NCBI RefSeq assembly: GCF_001194135.2
Contig: NC_068986.1
Location: forward strand, 93,118,854-93,173,587
Source: Octopus bimaculoides
Lineage: Eukaryota
Length of the DNA stretch: 54,734 nt
Reading direction: 5' to 3'
Positions within the stretch are counted from its first letter, which is position 1; each line of letters opens with the position of its first letter. Below the pieces are notes generated by a model. The model did not search any database. It was not told the DNA's origin and was given only the letters and a program-made list of their open reading frames with translations. Both the position numbers and the translations under genes were made by a program. Positions 25,225 through 35,838 of this stretch are shown here, in pieces.

Positions 25225-25620
25225 TCCATGGTAGTGGCCCGTAAATAGCACCATTTGAGTGTAATAGTTACCAGCATTGCGTTCTAGCACTTGTGCTGGT
25301 GGCACGTTAGAAAATCATTCGAGCGAGGTTGTTGCCAGTGCCACTGGACTGGCTCCCGTGCAGGTGGCACGTAAAAAACACCTTTTTGAGCGTGGCTGTT
25401 GCCAGTACCGTGTGACTGGCCTTCATGCTGGTGGCATATAAAAGCACCCACTACACTCTCTGAGTGGTTGGCATTAGGAAGGGCATCCAGCTGTAGAAAC
25501 TCTGCCAAATCAGATTGGAGCCTGGTGCAGCCTTCTGGTTTGCCAGTCCTCAGTCAAATCATCCAGCCCATGCTAGCATGGAAAGCGGACGTTAAACGAT
25601 GATAATGATGATGATGATGG
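25225..25620 (+). mobile_element. Family C retroposon 3' end with internal ~65-bp tandem subrepeats
   Basis: Repeated GGTGGCA(C/T)(G/A)T(A/T)A units followed by the family terminus and (GAT)n. Confidence 0.88.
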
Positions 25621-26117
25621 TGAAGGCATTAGTCAGTCTAGGGCTATAGTAGAAGACACTTGCATAAGGTGCTGTGCAGCAGGATTGAACTCAAAACTAC
25701 ATGGTCGCAAAGCAAGCTTCTTAACTTCATAGCTGTTCTTGCACCTATGTATAATCTCAAAAAAAAAAGACGTTTATTTCACTGTTGAACTCTTGACTTC
25801 CTGTACAACACAATAACATAGGAGACTGCATGGGTCAGCCAGTCTTGAAATTCATGACACTACAAAAATACTAATATTGTTTCACATTAATTTTGAAAGA
25901 AATGAAGAACTCTAATGTAAAGGGGAAATGCTAATCCCTTTATCTATCATTCATTTCAAGGATACTGGAGTGAAGTATGATGTTAAGAGTCAATATAGAA
26001 GCTTAATACCAAAATTTCTTCCCCTTGCAACATAGTATTCTAAATATTATTGGTTTGCACACACAAGTACACTATTGAAAGACATTCATGTAACTGACAC
26101 TCCGTCAGTTAGGATGA

Positions 26118-26416
26118 TGAGTGTTCCAGTTAATCTGGCCAACAGAACAGCCTACCATTGAAATTAACATGCAAGTGGCTGAGTATTCCACTGACATGTG
26201 TGCCCTTAATGTAGTTCTCAGGCAGGTTCAGCATGACAGAAAATATGACAACGTTGCCAACTTTGAATTACAGATACAACATATTTTTTGCCAGTTGAGT
26301 GGACTGGAGTAATGTGGAGTAAAGTATCTTGCTGAAGAGTACAATGCACCACCAAGGACTGAACTCATTACCCTATGATCATGAGCTGAATAACCCTAAC
26401 CACTAAGGCACATCCC

Positions 26417-26418
<2 letters not shown>
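26118..26418 (-). mobile_element. Diverged SINE family B relative
   Basis: GAACAGCC...GAAATTAACATGCAAGTGGCTGAGTATTCC matches family B. Confidence 0.75.
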
Positions 26419-26477
<59 letters not shown>

Positions 26478-27535
26478 TGTGTATTTCTGCATTCACAGTT
26501 ATACATACATGTGTGTGTGTGTGTGTGTGTGTGTATCACACATCTACACATCTATATGGTTACATACACTGATATATTTACAAATACTGACAGACACACA
26601 TATATATATATGTGAATACATACACGTGCACACACACACACACACACACACACATAAACATCATGCAAAATATTTATTCATACATATTCTGTACATATAC
26701 ACACACGGGTACATATATCTATGCATTCACGTAGACATAGGTAAATGCTCACATCCCAGACATACAAACTCATATTTATGCACTTACATACATACATACA
26801 TACATACATAATATATACATACATACATACCTACATACATACATACCTACCTACCTACATACATACATACATACATACATACATACATACATACATACAC
26901 ACATACATGTACTTATGTGTATATTCATACACAAGCGCTCATACATATTCTCATAATGTACTTGGAACCCCTCACATCGGGAGACGGCTACTCTTGGCAC
27001 ACTTCACCTTATCATTACACCTTTCATTTTTACTTATTGTGCACTTTAAATTGTTTATGTATGGTGATGGCAGTGGTGATGGTAGAGGTATTTTTTAGGA
27101 AAGTGATGGGGTGGGCAAGGGTAACAGTCGTTTGTTACATTCCATCTTCTTTATCAAACGCAGATAAGTTCTTTAAGGTGTGGTGCTGTTTGGCACAGAT
27201 AATGTATCACTTCTTCTTTGCCTATTTCCTCCTTTTTTTTTTTCTCTACTGCTGCTGCTACTACAACTATGGCAACAACAACATCACCACCAACAACAAC
27301 AACACCAACAACAATACCACCACTAACAACCACTACTACTATTTTTACATTACCATTGCCACTACGATGGTTACAGTGTCTAGTTTGGTACTTGATATTT
27401 TTTGATTACATCATACACGTATACAACAGGTTTCATATGAACACACAGACACACACACACATGAATATATGTATGGTCTGTGGTTATGTGTGGATAAAAT
27501 GACGATGGATATTTGTCCTCATCTTGTTTGTTGTT

Positions 27536-27581
27536 AACACAACATTTCGGCTGATATACCCTCCAGCCTTCATCAGGTGTC
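27536..27581 (-). ncRNA. Minimal type-I hammerhead ribozyme, catalytic core intact
   Basis: GACAC-CTGATGA-A-GGCTG gagggtatat CAGCC-GAA-ATGT-T-GTGTT. Stem I is GACAC/GTGTT and stem II is 5 bp. Helix III is the palindrome ACGT mutated to ATGT. There is an extra A between A9 and G10.1. Confidence 0.8.
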
Positions 27582-27911
27582 TTGGGGAAATTTTGAACCT
27601 GGGTTCTCATTCCTAAGGTATTTTTCGATGTTGTTATTATTATTATTATTATTATTATCATTATTATTATCATTATTATTATCATTATTATTTTTCAGGC
27701 CACTGCCTGGAATTGAACTAGGAATCTTGGGGTTAGTAGCCCGTGCTCTTAACCACTACGCCATGGGCATATGGCGTAGTGGTTAAGAGCGCGGGCTACT
27801 AACCCCAAGATTCCGAGTTTGATTCCAAGGAGTGACCTGAACAATAATAATAATAATAATAACATCAAAAAATACCTGAGGAAGGAGAAGCCACGTGCGA
27901 AATTCCCCCAG

Positions 27912-27957
27912 GACACCCAATGAAGGCTGGAGGGTATATCAGTCGAAACGTTGTGTT
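27912..27957 (+). ncRNA. Minimal type-I hammerhead ribozyme, core mutated (CTGATGA>CCAATGA)
   Basis: GACAC-CCAATGA-A-GGCTG gagggtatat CAGTC-GAA-ACGT-T-GTGTT, with the palindromic AACGTT intact. Confidence 0.7.
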
Positions 27958-28068
27958 AACAACAAGCAAGATGAGGACAAATATCCGTCAAATGTAAATA
28001 ATGTATGTAATTCCACATCTCTAAAATACAGAACTGAATTAAAAATTACTTTTCACTATGCACTCACC

Positions 28069-28221
28069 CACACCACTTCCACCATCACCACTTCCACCAT
28101 CACCACTTCCACCCACACCACTTCCACCCACACCACTTCCACCCACACCACTTCCACCCACACCACTTCCACCATCACCACTTCCACCATCACCACTTCC
28201 ACCATCACCACTTCTACCATC
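28069..28221. repeat. 15-bp minisatellite ACCACTTCCACC(ATC/CAC), ~10 copies, running into an N-gap
   Basis: Read directly. It produces the TTSTI/TTSTH ORFs. Confidence 0.95.
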
Positions 28222-28494
28222 NNNNNNNNNNNNNNNNNNNNNNNNNNNNNNNNNNNNNNNNNNNNNNNNNNNNNNNNNNNNNNNNNNNNNNNNNNNNNNN
28301 NNNNNNNNNNNNNNNNNNNNNNNNNNNNNNNNNNNNNNNNNNNNNNNNNNNNNNNNNNNNNNNNNNNNNNNNNNNNNNNNNNNNNNNNNNNNNNNNNNNN
28401 NNNNNNNNNNNNNNNNNNNNNNNNNNNNNNNNNNNNNNNNNNNNNNNNNNNNNNNNNNNNNNNNNNNNNNNNNNNNNNNNNNNNNNNNNNNNNN

Positions 28495-28535
<41 letters not shown>

Positions 28536-29404
28536 CTCTCTGTCTTTCCACCATCAGAATACCTCTCTACTAAATTTATATTCCTAACTCACCTCTATAT
28601 CATTACCTTCAACTAACTTTTTTAACCACATGATAAATATTACATTCCCCCCTACCACATGTCATGGATATTTCTCTCTCTGTCTTTCTTTCTCCCTCTT
28701 TTTCTTTCTCTCTCTCTTTCTGCCTCAATCTTCGCCTTATCCTCTTTTTCTCTCTCCCTCCTTCTTTTTCTCGTCTTTTTTTCTAATCACCTGAAAGCAC
28801 TACCAACGGGCTAAGTAATGTAATGACAAGCAGAGTGATTAATTAAAAATTAATTTGAATGAAAAAGTATTAAAAGAATTAACAAGCCTTGAAATCAGCT
28901 CCATCTTATTCTTAAAATGTTTAAGGTTCACAATATCAGAAACTGTGTTGTGTTAAATTTAGGATTTTCAAATAAGCTTTATCACCACCACCACCACCAC
29001 CACCACCATTACTACCACCACTGCCGCCATGATCATAATTCTGATCATTGTTGTTGCTTATCCTTTTGGCAAATTTCTCATCTTTTTCTGTTTTGTATTT
29101 CCTCTTTTCATGTAGTCTTTGGGCCTTTGTGGCTAATAAAAGAAATCAGAATTGTTAGCATGCTGGAGAGAATGCTTAGTGACATTTCTTGTGTTTTTCC
29201 ATTCTGAGATCAAATTTTGTTGAGTTTGACTTTGCCTCTCATCTAATTACTGTTCCTCTTTTCCCAAATTTGTGTCCATGTGATGGTGTCAGAGATTATT
29301 ATTATTCAAAAACATGTAGTCCCTTAGCAGACAATACAATTTATTATTGCTGCCTTGAATTGCCAGGCGATACACTGTGCTTGAGAAAACCTGTTGAGTC
29401 AAGT

Positions 29405-29680
29405 GAAATCATGTGCCACCTGACTGGCACCTGTGCTGGTGGCACATAATAAGCACCATTCTAGCATGGGTCAGTACCAGTGCCCCCTGACTCTCCTCTG
29501 CTGGTGGCATGTAAAAAGTACCATCTTGGAGTGGTTCGCATTACGAAGGGCATCCAGCTGTAGAAACCATGCCAAATCAGATTGGAGCCTGGTGCAACCT
29601 ACTGGCTTGCCAGTTCTCAGTCAAACCATCCAACCCATGCCAGCATGGAAAATGGACATTAAAACAATGATGATGATGAA
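29405..29680 (+). mobile_element. Family C retroposon 3' end (diverged)
   Basis: GAAGGGCATCCAGCTGTAGAAACC...CCATGCCAGCATGGAAAATGGAC followed by (GAT)n. Confidence 0.8.
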
Positions 29681-30169
29681 ATCCCCTAGTAGACGGTTAG
29701 TACAAAGCTGATAATTATTTCTTTATAATATTTGGTGGGATTAGCAGTTTGGATTTGAAATTTAGGAATGGACAGTCCACTAATATTAAATGAAGTGTTA
29801 AATATTTATGGTATGCAAGTTAATTAATCCAGTTCTCTGAAGCTACTGGACTTGTTATATATGTATAAACAGATTGGCTACTGATTTGTCTGAAATTAGT
29901 CATGTGATGTAAACACCTGATGAGAACCCAATAAGGTTCAAAAATCAATTAAGGCTGCTTATGTTGTTTTACAATATTTGGAGAAATAGTTAAATTTGCC
30001 ATGTCTGTATTCTACTAAATTGGTTTGCATAAATATTTAGTTTCTATTTATTGCTTATTTATCATGGAGGTCTTAAAATTTCTAGTCATAGGTAAACATA
30101 TACAGCACCACTTCATTCTTTTTATGAATCATGAGCATAATATAATCCAAGGTTATTTATCAAAGAGCA

Positions 30170-30870
30170 GTCAGTGTGTGGCTTGACAGTGTTAAAAGGA
30201 GCATTACCTGTTCAAGACAAGCAATACAGGCATGAAAGCACCAACAGTTAAACATGTTTGAGGTGCATAGAGGAGGAGAAACCATCCTGCACATCATGTC
30301 TCAGTGTCTATGTGTCCGTGCATTAGCACCTTGTACACTTGTGTCTAATAATTGCTGTTATATGTAAGATGAACCCAGCAGTCTGTTAACTCTGTTGAGA
30401 AAATCAAAGTGCCACCTTCTTTTGACAAGGAAGGAGTGAGTTCTTCTCTGTCTGGTGGTTGTTGTGATTGACATGGTGTGATGGACTTGTCTGAAAAGTT
30501 TGAAGACTGGTATTTTCCTGTCTGGTCAATGTCTCATTAACTTCTTCATATAGCATTCGGAGAAGAAGGTGAGGATAAAGAGGAGGGCGCTGTCTTCTAG
30601 TGTGTTTATCAAAGAGTGAACAAGAGTGGCAAGGCTGGTGATGATGAATGGGCCTAGGAGGAACAAAACTAGGAGTGGGCTCTTTTGATGTGTTGGATAG
30701 GGTAGAATAATCTGAACCTTTGCGTGTGTGTGTGGGGGGGGCTGGTATTGGGGAAATTTTCTGGGAATTTTGTTGAAATTATTTTTTAAAATCTTTATTT
30801 ATCTTGTTTTTCTTTTGATCATTTTAAACCCTTCTTTGTTGTATTTCATTTCATGGCCAATGAAAGAAAT
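30170..30870 (+). pseudogene. Decayed Tx1/L1-type LINE ORF2 3' end and 3' UTR
   Basis: Reads KGALPVQDKQYRHESTNS*TCLRC, then a frameshift, then ETILHIMSQC (CCHC zinc knuckle), then KKVRIKRRALSSSVFIKE*TRVARLVMMNG. A T-rich UTR ends CATGGCCAATGAAAGAAA. Confidence 0.75.
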
Positions 30871-31033
30871 TATTATTATTATTATTATCATCATTACTAC
30901 TACTACTACTACTACTACTACGACGTCAACGGCGCCGTCTTCAGTTACCACTTTGGTATATGCACAACTGATAACAGATGTTGTCAATTCTGCATATACC
31001 AAAGTGGTAACTGCTGTTAGATAGTCAGAACAA

Positions 31034-31064
<31 letters not shown>

Positions 31065-31225
31065 GATTCATATCTCAATAATGGTTAAGGCAGATACTGT
31101 GGTGATGTCAGCGAAGTCTAAGGAAACGAAGTGGCGTTATTAGTTTTTAATTCGACAGGAAAACTAATCAGTGACTTTTCATCTTCTGCCAGAAATTAGA
31201 TTAAGAGGGACAGTACCAGCTTAAC

Positions 31226-31324
31226 CTTGTAAACTTTGAACAGATTCTTTCACCGTGAAACCAGTTACGCAACAGATTGACTCATGAAAAACAGCAGGCG
31301 GTTCTCTCCGTAGGGTCACTTGAA
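31226..31324 (-). CDS. Weak candidate host exon (99 nt, phase 1/1), product unknown
   Basis: Branch-like CTGAC plus TGTTATCTCTTGCAG acceptor. One open frame reads QVTLRREPPAVFHESICCVTGFTVKESVQSLQ. The donor AAG/GTTAAG is weak. No recognisable homology. Confidence 0.2.
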
Positions 31325-31377
31325 CTGCAAGAGATAACAGTCAGATCTACAAATCAATCATGCTGCTACTGCTTCTG

Positions 31378-31474
31378 CTTCTTCTTCTTCTTCTTCTTCT
31401 TCTTCTTCTTCTTCTTCTTCTTCTTCTTCTTCTTCTCCTCTTCCTCTTCCTCCTCCTTCTTCTTCTTCTTCTTG
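31378..31474. repeat. (TTC)n/(TCC)n microsatellite
   Basis: Read directly. It abuts the 3' end of the R4/Dong-type fragment. Confidence 0.95.
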
Positions 31475-31912
31475 ACGTTGCACAGTATACAATATCTCAA
31501 GGTTGTTGATTGAAGATATTGTGTCTAGCAGGGGTTTTGTACTGTTTGTCAAGTCACAACAAGGAGCTCAGACAGACAGTACTTTATGCAATATGTATGC
31601 AGTTCCAAGTAATGCCAACTTTTGCAATACACCTAGATCGTAGGGTACTTCTAAAGTTTTCAGATGTTTTTTTTTTTTTCAGATTGGGTGGTATTGAGCT
31701 CAATGCCCCGATGACAATAGGGATAACCGTTATGTTTGACTCTCGTAGCTGCCACATCTTAGTGATCTCAATTCTCAGGTCTCCATATTTATCAGCCTTT
31801 TCACTTTGTTTCATGATGACATATTGATCTCCTGGCACCACCACATCAATTATTTGGCACTCTTGTTTGTCCCTCCTAAAGGCTACTATATCTGGCCTTC
31901 AGGGCTCTAATA
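31475..31912 (-). mobile_element. 5'-truncated R4/Dong-type non-LTR retrotransposon (restriction-like endonuclease domain and 3' UTR)
   Basis: Reads RPDIVAFRRDKQECQIIDVVVPGDQYVIMKQSEKADKYGDLRIEITKMWQLRESNITVIPIVIGALSSIPPNLK, then a frameshift in a poly-A run, then HLKTLEVPYDLGVLQKLALLGTAYILHKVLSV* (stop at 31568-31570). This includes the PD-(D/E)xK-type RLE motif. Confidence 0.92.
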
Positions 31913-32008
31913 CTGTGTCCTGGGGTCGATTTGCTCGACTAAAGGTGGTGTCCCAGCATGGCCACAGTCAAATGACTGAAACAAGTAAAAGAGTAAAACA
32001 GTAAAACA

Positions 32009-32282
32009 GTCAAGACGAAGAGCAAAATTTGATTGTTAATAGTTGAACGATATTTCAGCAGTACGTCTGTCTTTATCAAGTTCAAAATAAGAAGTGATAA
32101 AAATTCAAAATTATAGGAATTTCAACGTAAAGTATGAATGAGAGCAACCAGCATCCACACGTTGATGGAACAACATCATCAGTTTTTAAGTTATAATTTT
32201 ATAACAGGCGAAAAGAAAAAGACAGAAAAACTCGTTCAACTAATAAAATATCTTACAATCAAATCGCGCTCTTCGTCTTGAC
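32009..32282 (-). mobile_element. Short Penelope-like insertion with inverted terminal duplication
   Basis: Perfect 15-bp IR GTCAAGACGAAGAGC (32009-32023) / GCTCTTCGTCTTGAC (32268-32282). It extends imperfectly to TAGTTGAACGA / TCGTTCAACTA and contains a hammerhead remnant. Confidence 0.7.
32043..32085 (-). ncRNA. Decayed minimal type-I hammerhead ribozyme
   Basis: TTGAAC-TTGATAA-A-GACAG acgta CTGCT-GAA-ATAT-C-GTTCAA. Stem I is a perfect 6 bp and helix III is the palindrome ATAT. The core and stem II differ from consensus by four transitions. Confidence 0.65.
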
Positions 32283-33450
<1,168 letters not shown>

Positions 33451-33486
33451 ATTATTATTATCATTATTATTATTATTATTATTATT

Positions 33487-34015
33487 GAGTGAAAGAGCAG
33501 GTCATGCCATCAAAGTGATACTGGGGTAAAATATACGAAGCCCATTATACCCATCATGCCTACCCGTCTGATAAGGGTACACCATGCACATGCATCACAA
33601 TCATATGCGCGCGACATGGTGATCTCATATCAAGATAAACAGCTCATGACCTCGCAGGTGGGGCCCAGTTAGAATTTTCTTCAGGTCGAGTAGCCCATCC
33701 CGCTCAAAAGGTCTCTGAATAAGATTTGTTTAAGGATGTTGAGCAAAACACCCATGTTTCCAAAGGTGAATTATTCAAACCCCAAAGAATTCCTCTCAAC
33801 ACATGGCTCCCCCACTACTTCTGCTCATGATCAGAGATGCACATATCGTCAGCTGCCAAGAGACATGCTCAACTGGTTAAGGTCAAACAACTGACAAGCA
33901 AATCTGTGGTATTGAGCAGAATATATGCTGTAGGCCATCTTTTTATACCAAGACAAAACAATGTACATGATAGCACTTCCAATCGATTCAGATCAGAAGC
34001 CATGACAGCCACTGC

Positions 34016-34016
<1 letters not shown>
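33487..34016. mobile_element. ~530-bp non-coding interspersed element flanked by (ATT)n on both sides, class unknown
   Basis: A complex, relatively GC-richer block bounded sharply by (ATT)n at 33449-33486 and 34017-34093. I recall it as an octopus repeat, which is unverified. Confidence 0.55.
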
Positions 34017-34094
<78 letters not shown>

Positions 34095-35319
34095 GCTGTT
34101 GTTGTTATTATTATTAATATTTATTTTTGTTTATATTTTAGGTAAGTACCAATATATTGAGACTGAACTTTAACCTTGTTTATGGTAAGATGCATATATT
34201 TATATCTTTCAACATTGTGTTTATTTGACACAACAATCTGTAAAATATTTGTGTACACTCATGTGGTTTCATAGTGAACAAAGATGAAAGAATTAATGGT
34301 GGTGCTTACATGACAAATATAGTCCTCTTGTCTATTGAAATACTTCCAAGCTTTAATTGAAATAAGATATAAAAGTTGAGAAGTGGATTTTAGTATAATG
34401 GCTCTCAGTTGTGTTGCTATTTGATATAGGGCCACACTGCTTGGTCCTACATGTAGGATTGTGCACTGAAGTTTTCAAACAGGTGGCATTGCTACCTAGA
34501 TGTCAATTGAATGACATTTAGTGACATTTAGGTTGAAACACACATAATGCCCTCACATATATATATCCACACATGCACATATATACACATATAGAAATTG
34601 AGGGATTGGAGCAGGTAAAATGCACACTACATATGTTTCTTATCTTACTGAACTGCTAGATGTAATTGTCATGCAATGAGTGTGTTCAAGTCTCCAATGT
34701 ATTGGAGTTGATTTGGAAATTCTGAGTGACAATGTAACCATAATTTCATGAAGGTCATGGGGGGGGGGGGTTGTTAGTGTGTGGTGTGTAATGTATGTGT
34801 GGGAGTACAATGTGTGTGAAGGGGTATATGTTGGGGGTAGTGGGAGAGAGTCTATTTGGTGGGTGTCCTTTTTGGGGCATATGTGTGTGTACAGGGGTGC
34901 ATTGGTGTATGCTCTGGTCAAACTCTTTGCCAAGCTTGAGGGTATTGGTGGAAGGTCGAGGTCAGGGACCTGTGGTTGTAGTCATGATAGGGCTCGCAGG
35001 TATCATAGAATGTACTTCGTTTCATGTGGGCAAAAATTAAACACTTCACTCTAGCTGTTCAGGTAAATATCCGGGTGCTAGGTACCCTTTAAAATCACTC
35101 TCTTCTTCACTAGGCATCCTGCCTCTGCTTCAGGTGTGGGCCTACCTACTAAAATCTTTTTTAGACTTTGTTTGGTGGTTTGGGCTGGTCAAAGTAAAGT
35201 CCTTTCGTCTCATCCCTCTGATCAATTTCACTATTTTTCTCCAGCAGTGCAACTTTTCCCTGACTTAGGGACTCTTAGATGGCTCGCAAATATATAATAT
35301 ATATATACATGTAAAGACA

Positions 35320-35622
35320 TTCAAGCGAGATCGTGCCAGTACCGCTGGACTGGCTCCTGTGCAGGTGGCACGTAAAATACACCATTTTGAGCATGGCCGT
35401 TGCCAGTACCGCCTGACTGGCCTTCGTGCTGGTGGCACATAAAAGCTCCCTCTACACTCTCAGAGTGGTTGGCATTAGGAAGGGCATCCAGCTGTAGAAA
35501 CTCTGCCAAATCAGATTGGAGCCTGGTGTAGCCACCTGGTTCACCAGTCCTCAGTCAAATCATCCAACCCATGCTAGCATGGAAAGCGGACGTTAAACAA
35601 TGATGAGGATGATGATGATGAT
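35320..35622 (+). mobile_element. Family C retroposon 3' end
   Basis: Colinear with 25300-25620. Confidence 0.9.
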
Positions 35623-35769
35623 NNNNNNNNNNNNNNNNNNNNNNNNNNNNNNNNNNNNNNNNNNNNNNNNNNNNNNNNNNNNNNNNNNNNNNNNNNNNNN
35701 NNNNNNNNNNNNNNNNNNNNNNNNNNNNNNNNNNNNNNNNNNNNNNNNNNNNNNNNNNNNNNNNNNNNN

Positions 35770-35838
<69 letters not shown>

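Larger units (their letters stand above)
27500..28005. mobile_element. Head-to-head inverted pair of tRNA-headed, hammerhead-tailed (Penelope-related) short elements
   Basis: The left arm 27500-27764 is the reverse complement of the right arm 27771-~27990, with a 6-nt spacer GGGCAT. Each arm has ATGGCGTAGTGGTTAAGAGC (A box), a GAGTT(C)GATTCC-like B box, (TAA)n, and a hammerhead-containing tail. Confidence 0.9.

Noticed and set aside
25290-25450. CRISPR-like repeat/spacer appearance of the family C subrepeats, and of the SINE D array at 32540-33450
   Set aside because: The units are diverged along their whole length with no unique spacers, there are no cas genes, and the context is eukaryotic retroposon.
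27771-27838. Possible genuine tRNA gene (either arm of the palindrome)
   Set aside because: A and B boxes are present, but the acceptor and anticodon stems do not pair properly and the sequence continues into a repeat tail. It is treated as a tRNA-derived head.
32160-32190. Minus-strand CTGATGA followed by a TGTTG/CAACG stem
   Set aside because: No GAAA follows the stem.
34950-35290. GC-richer unique-looking block, possibly LINE ORF1/gag-derived
   Set aside because: There are multiple stops in all frames and no diagnostic motif was recognised.
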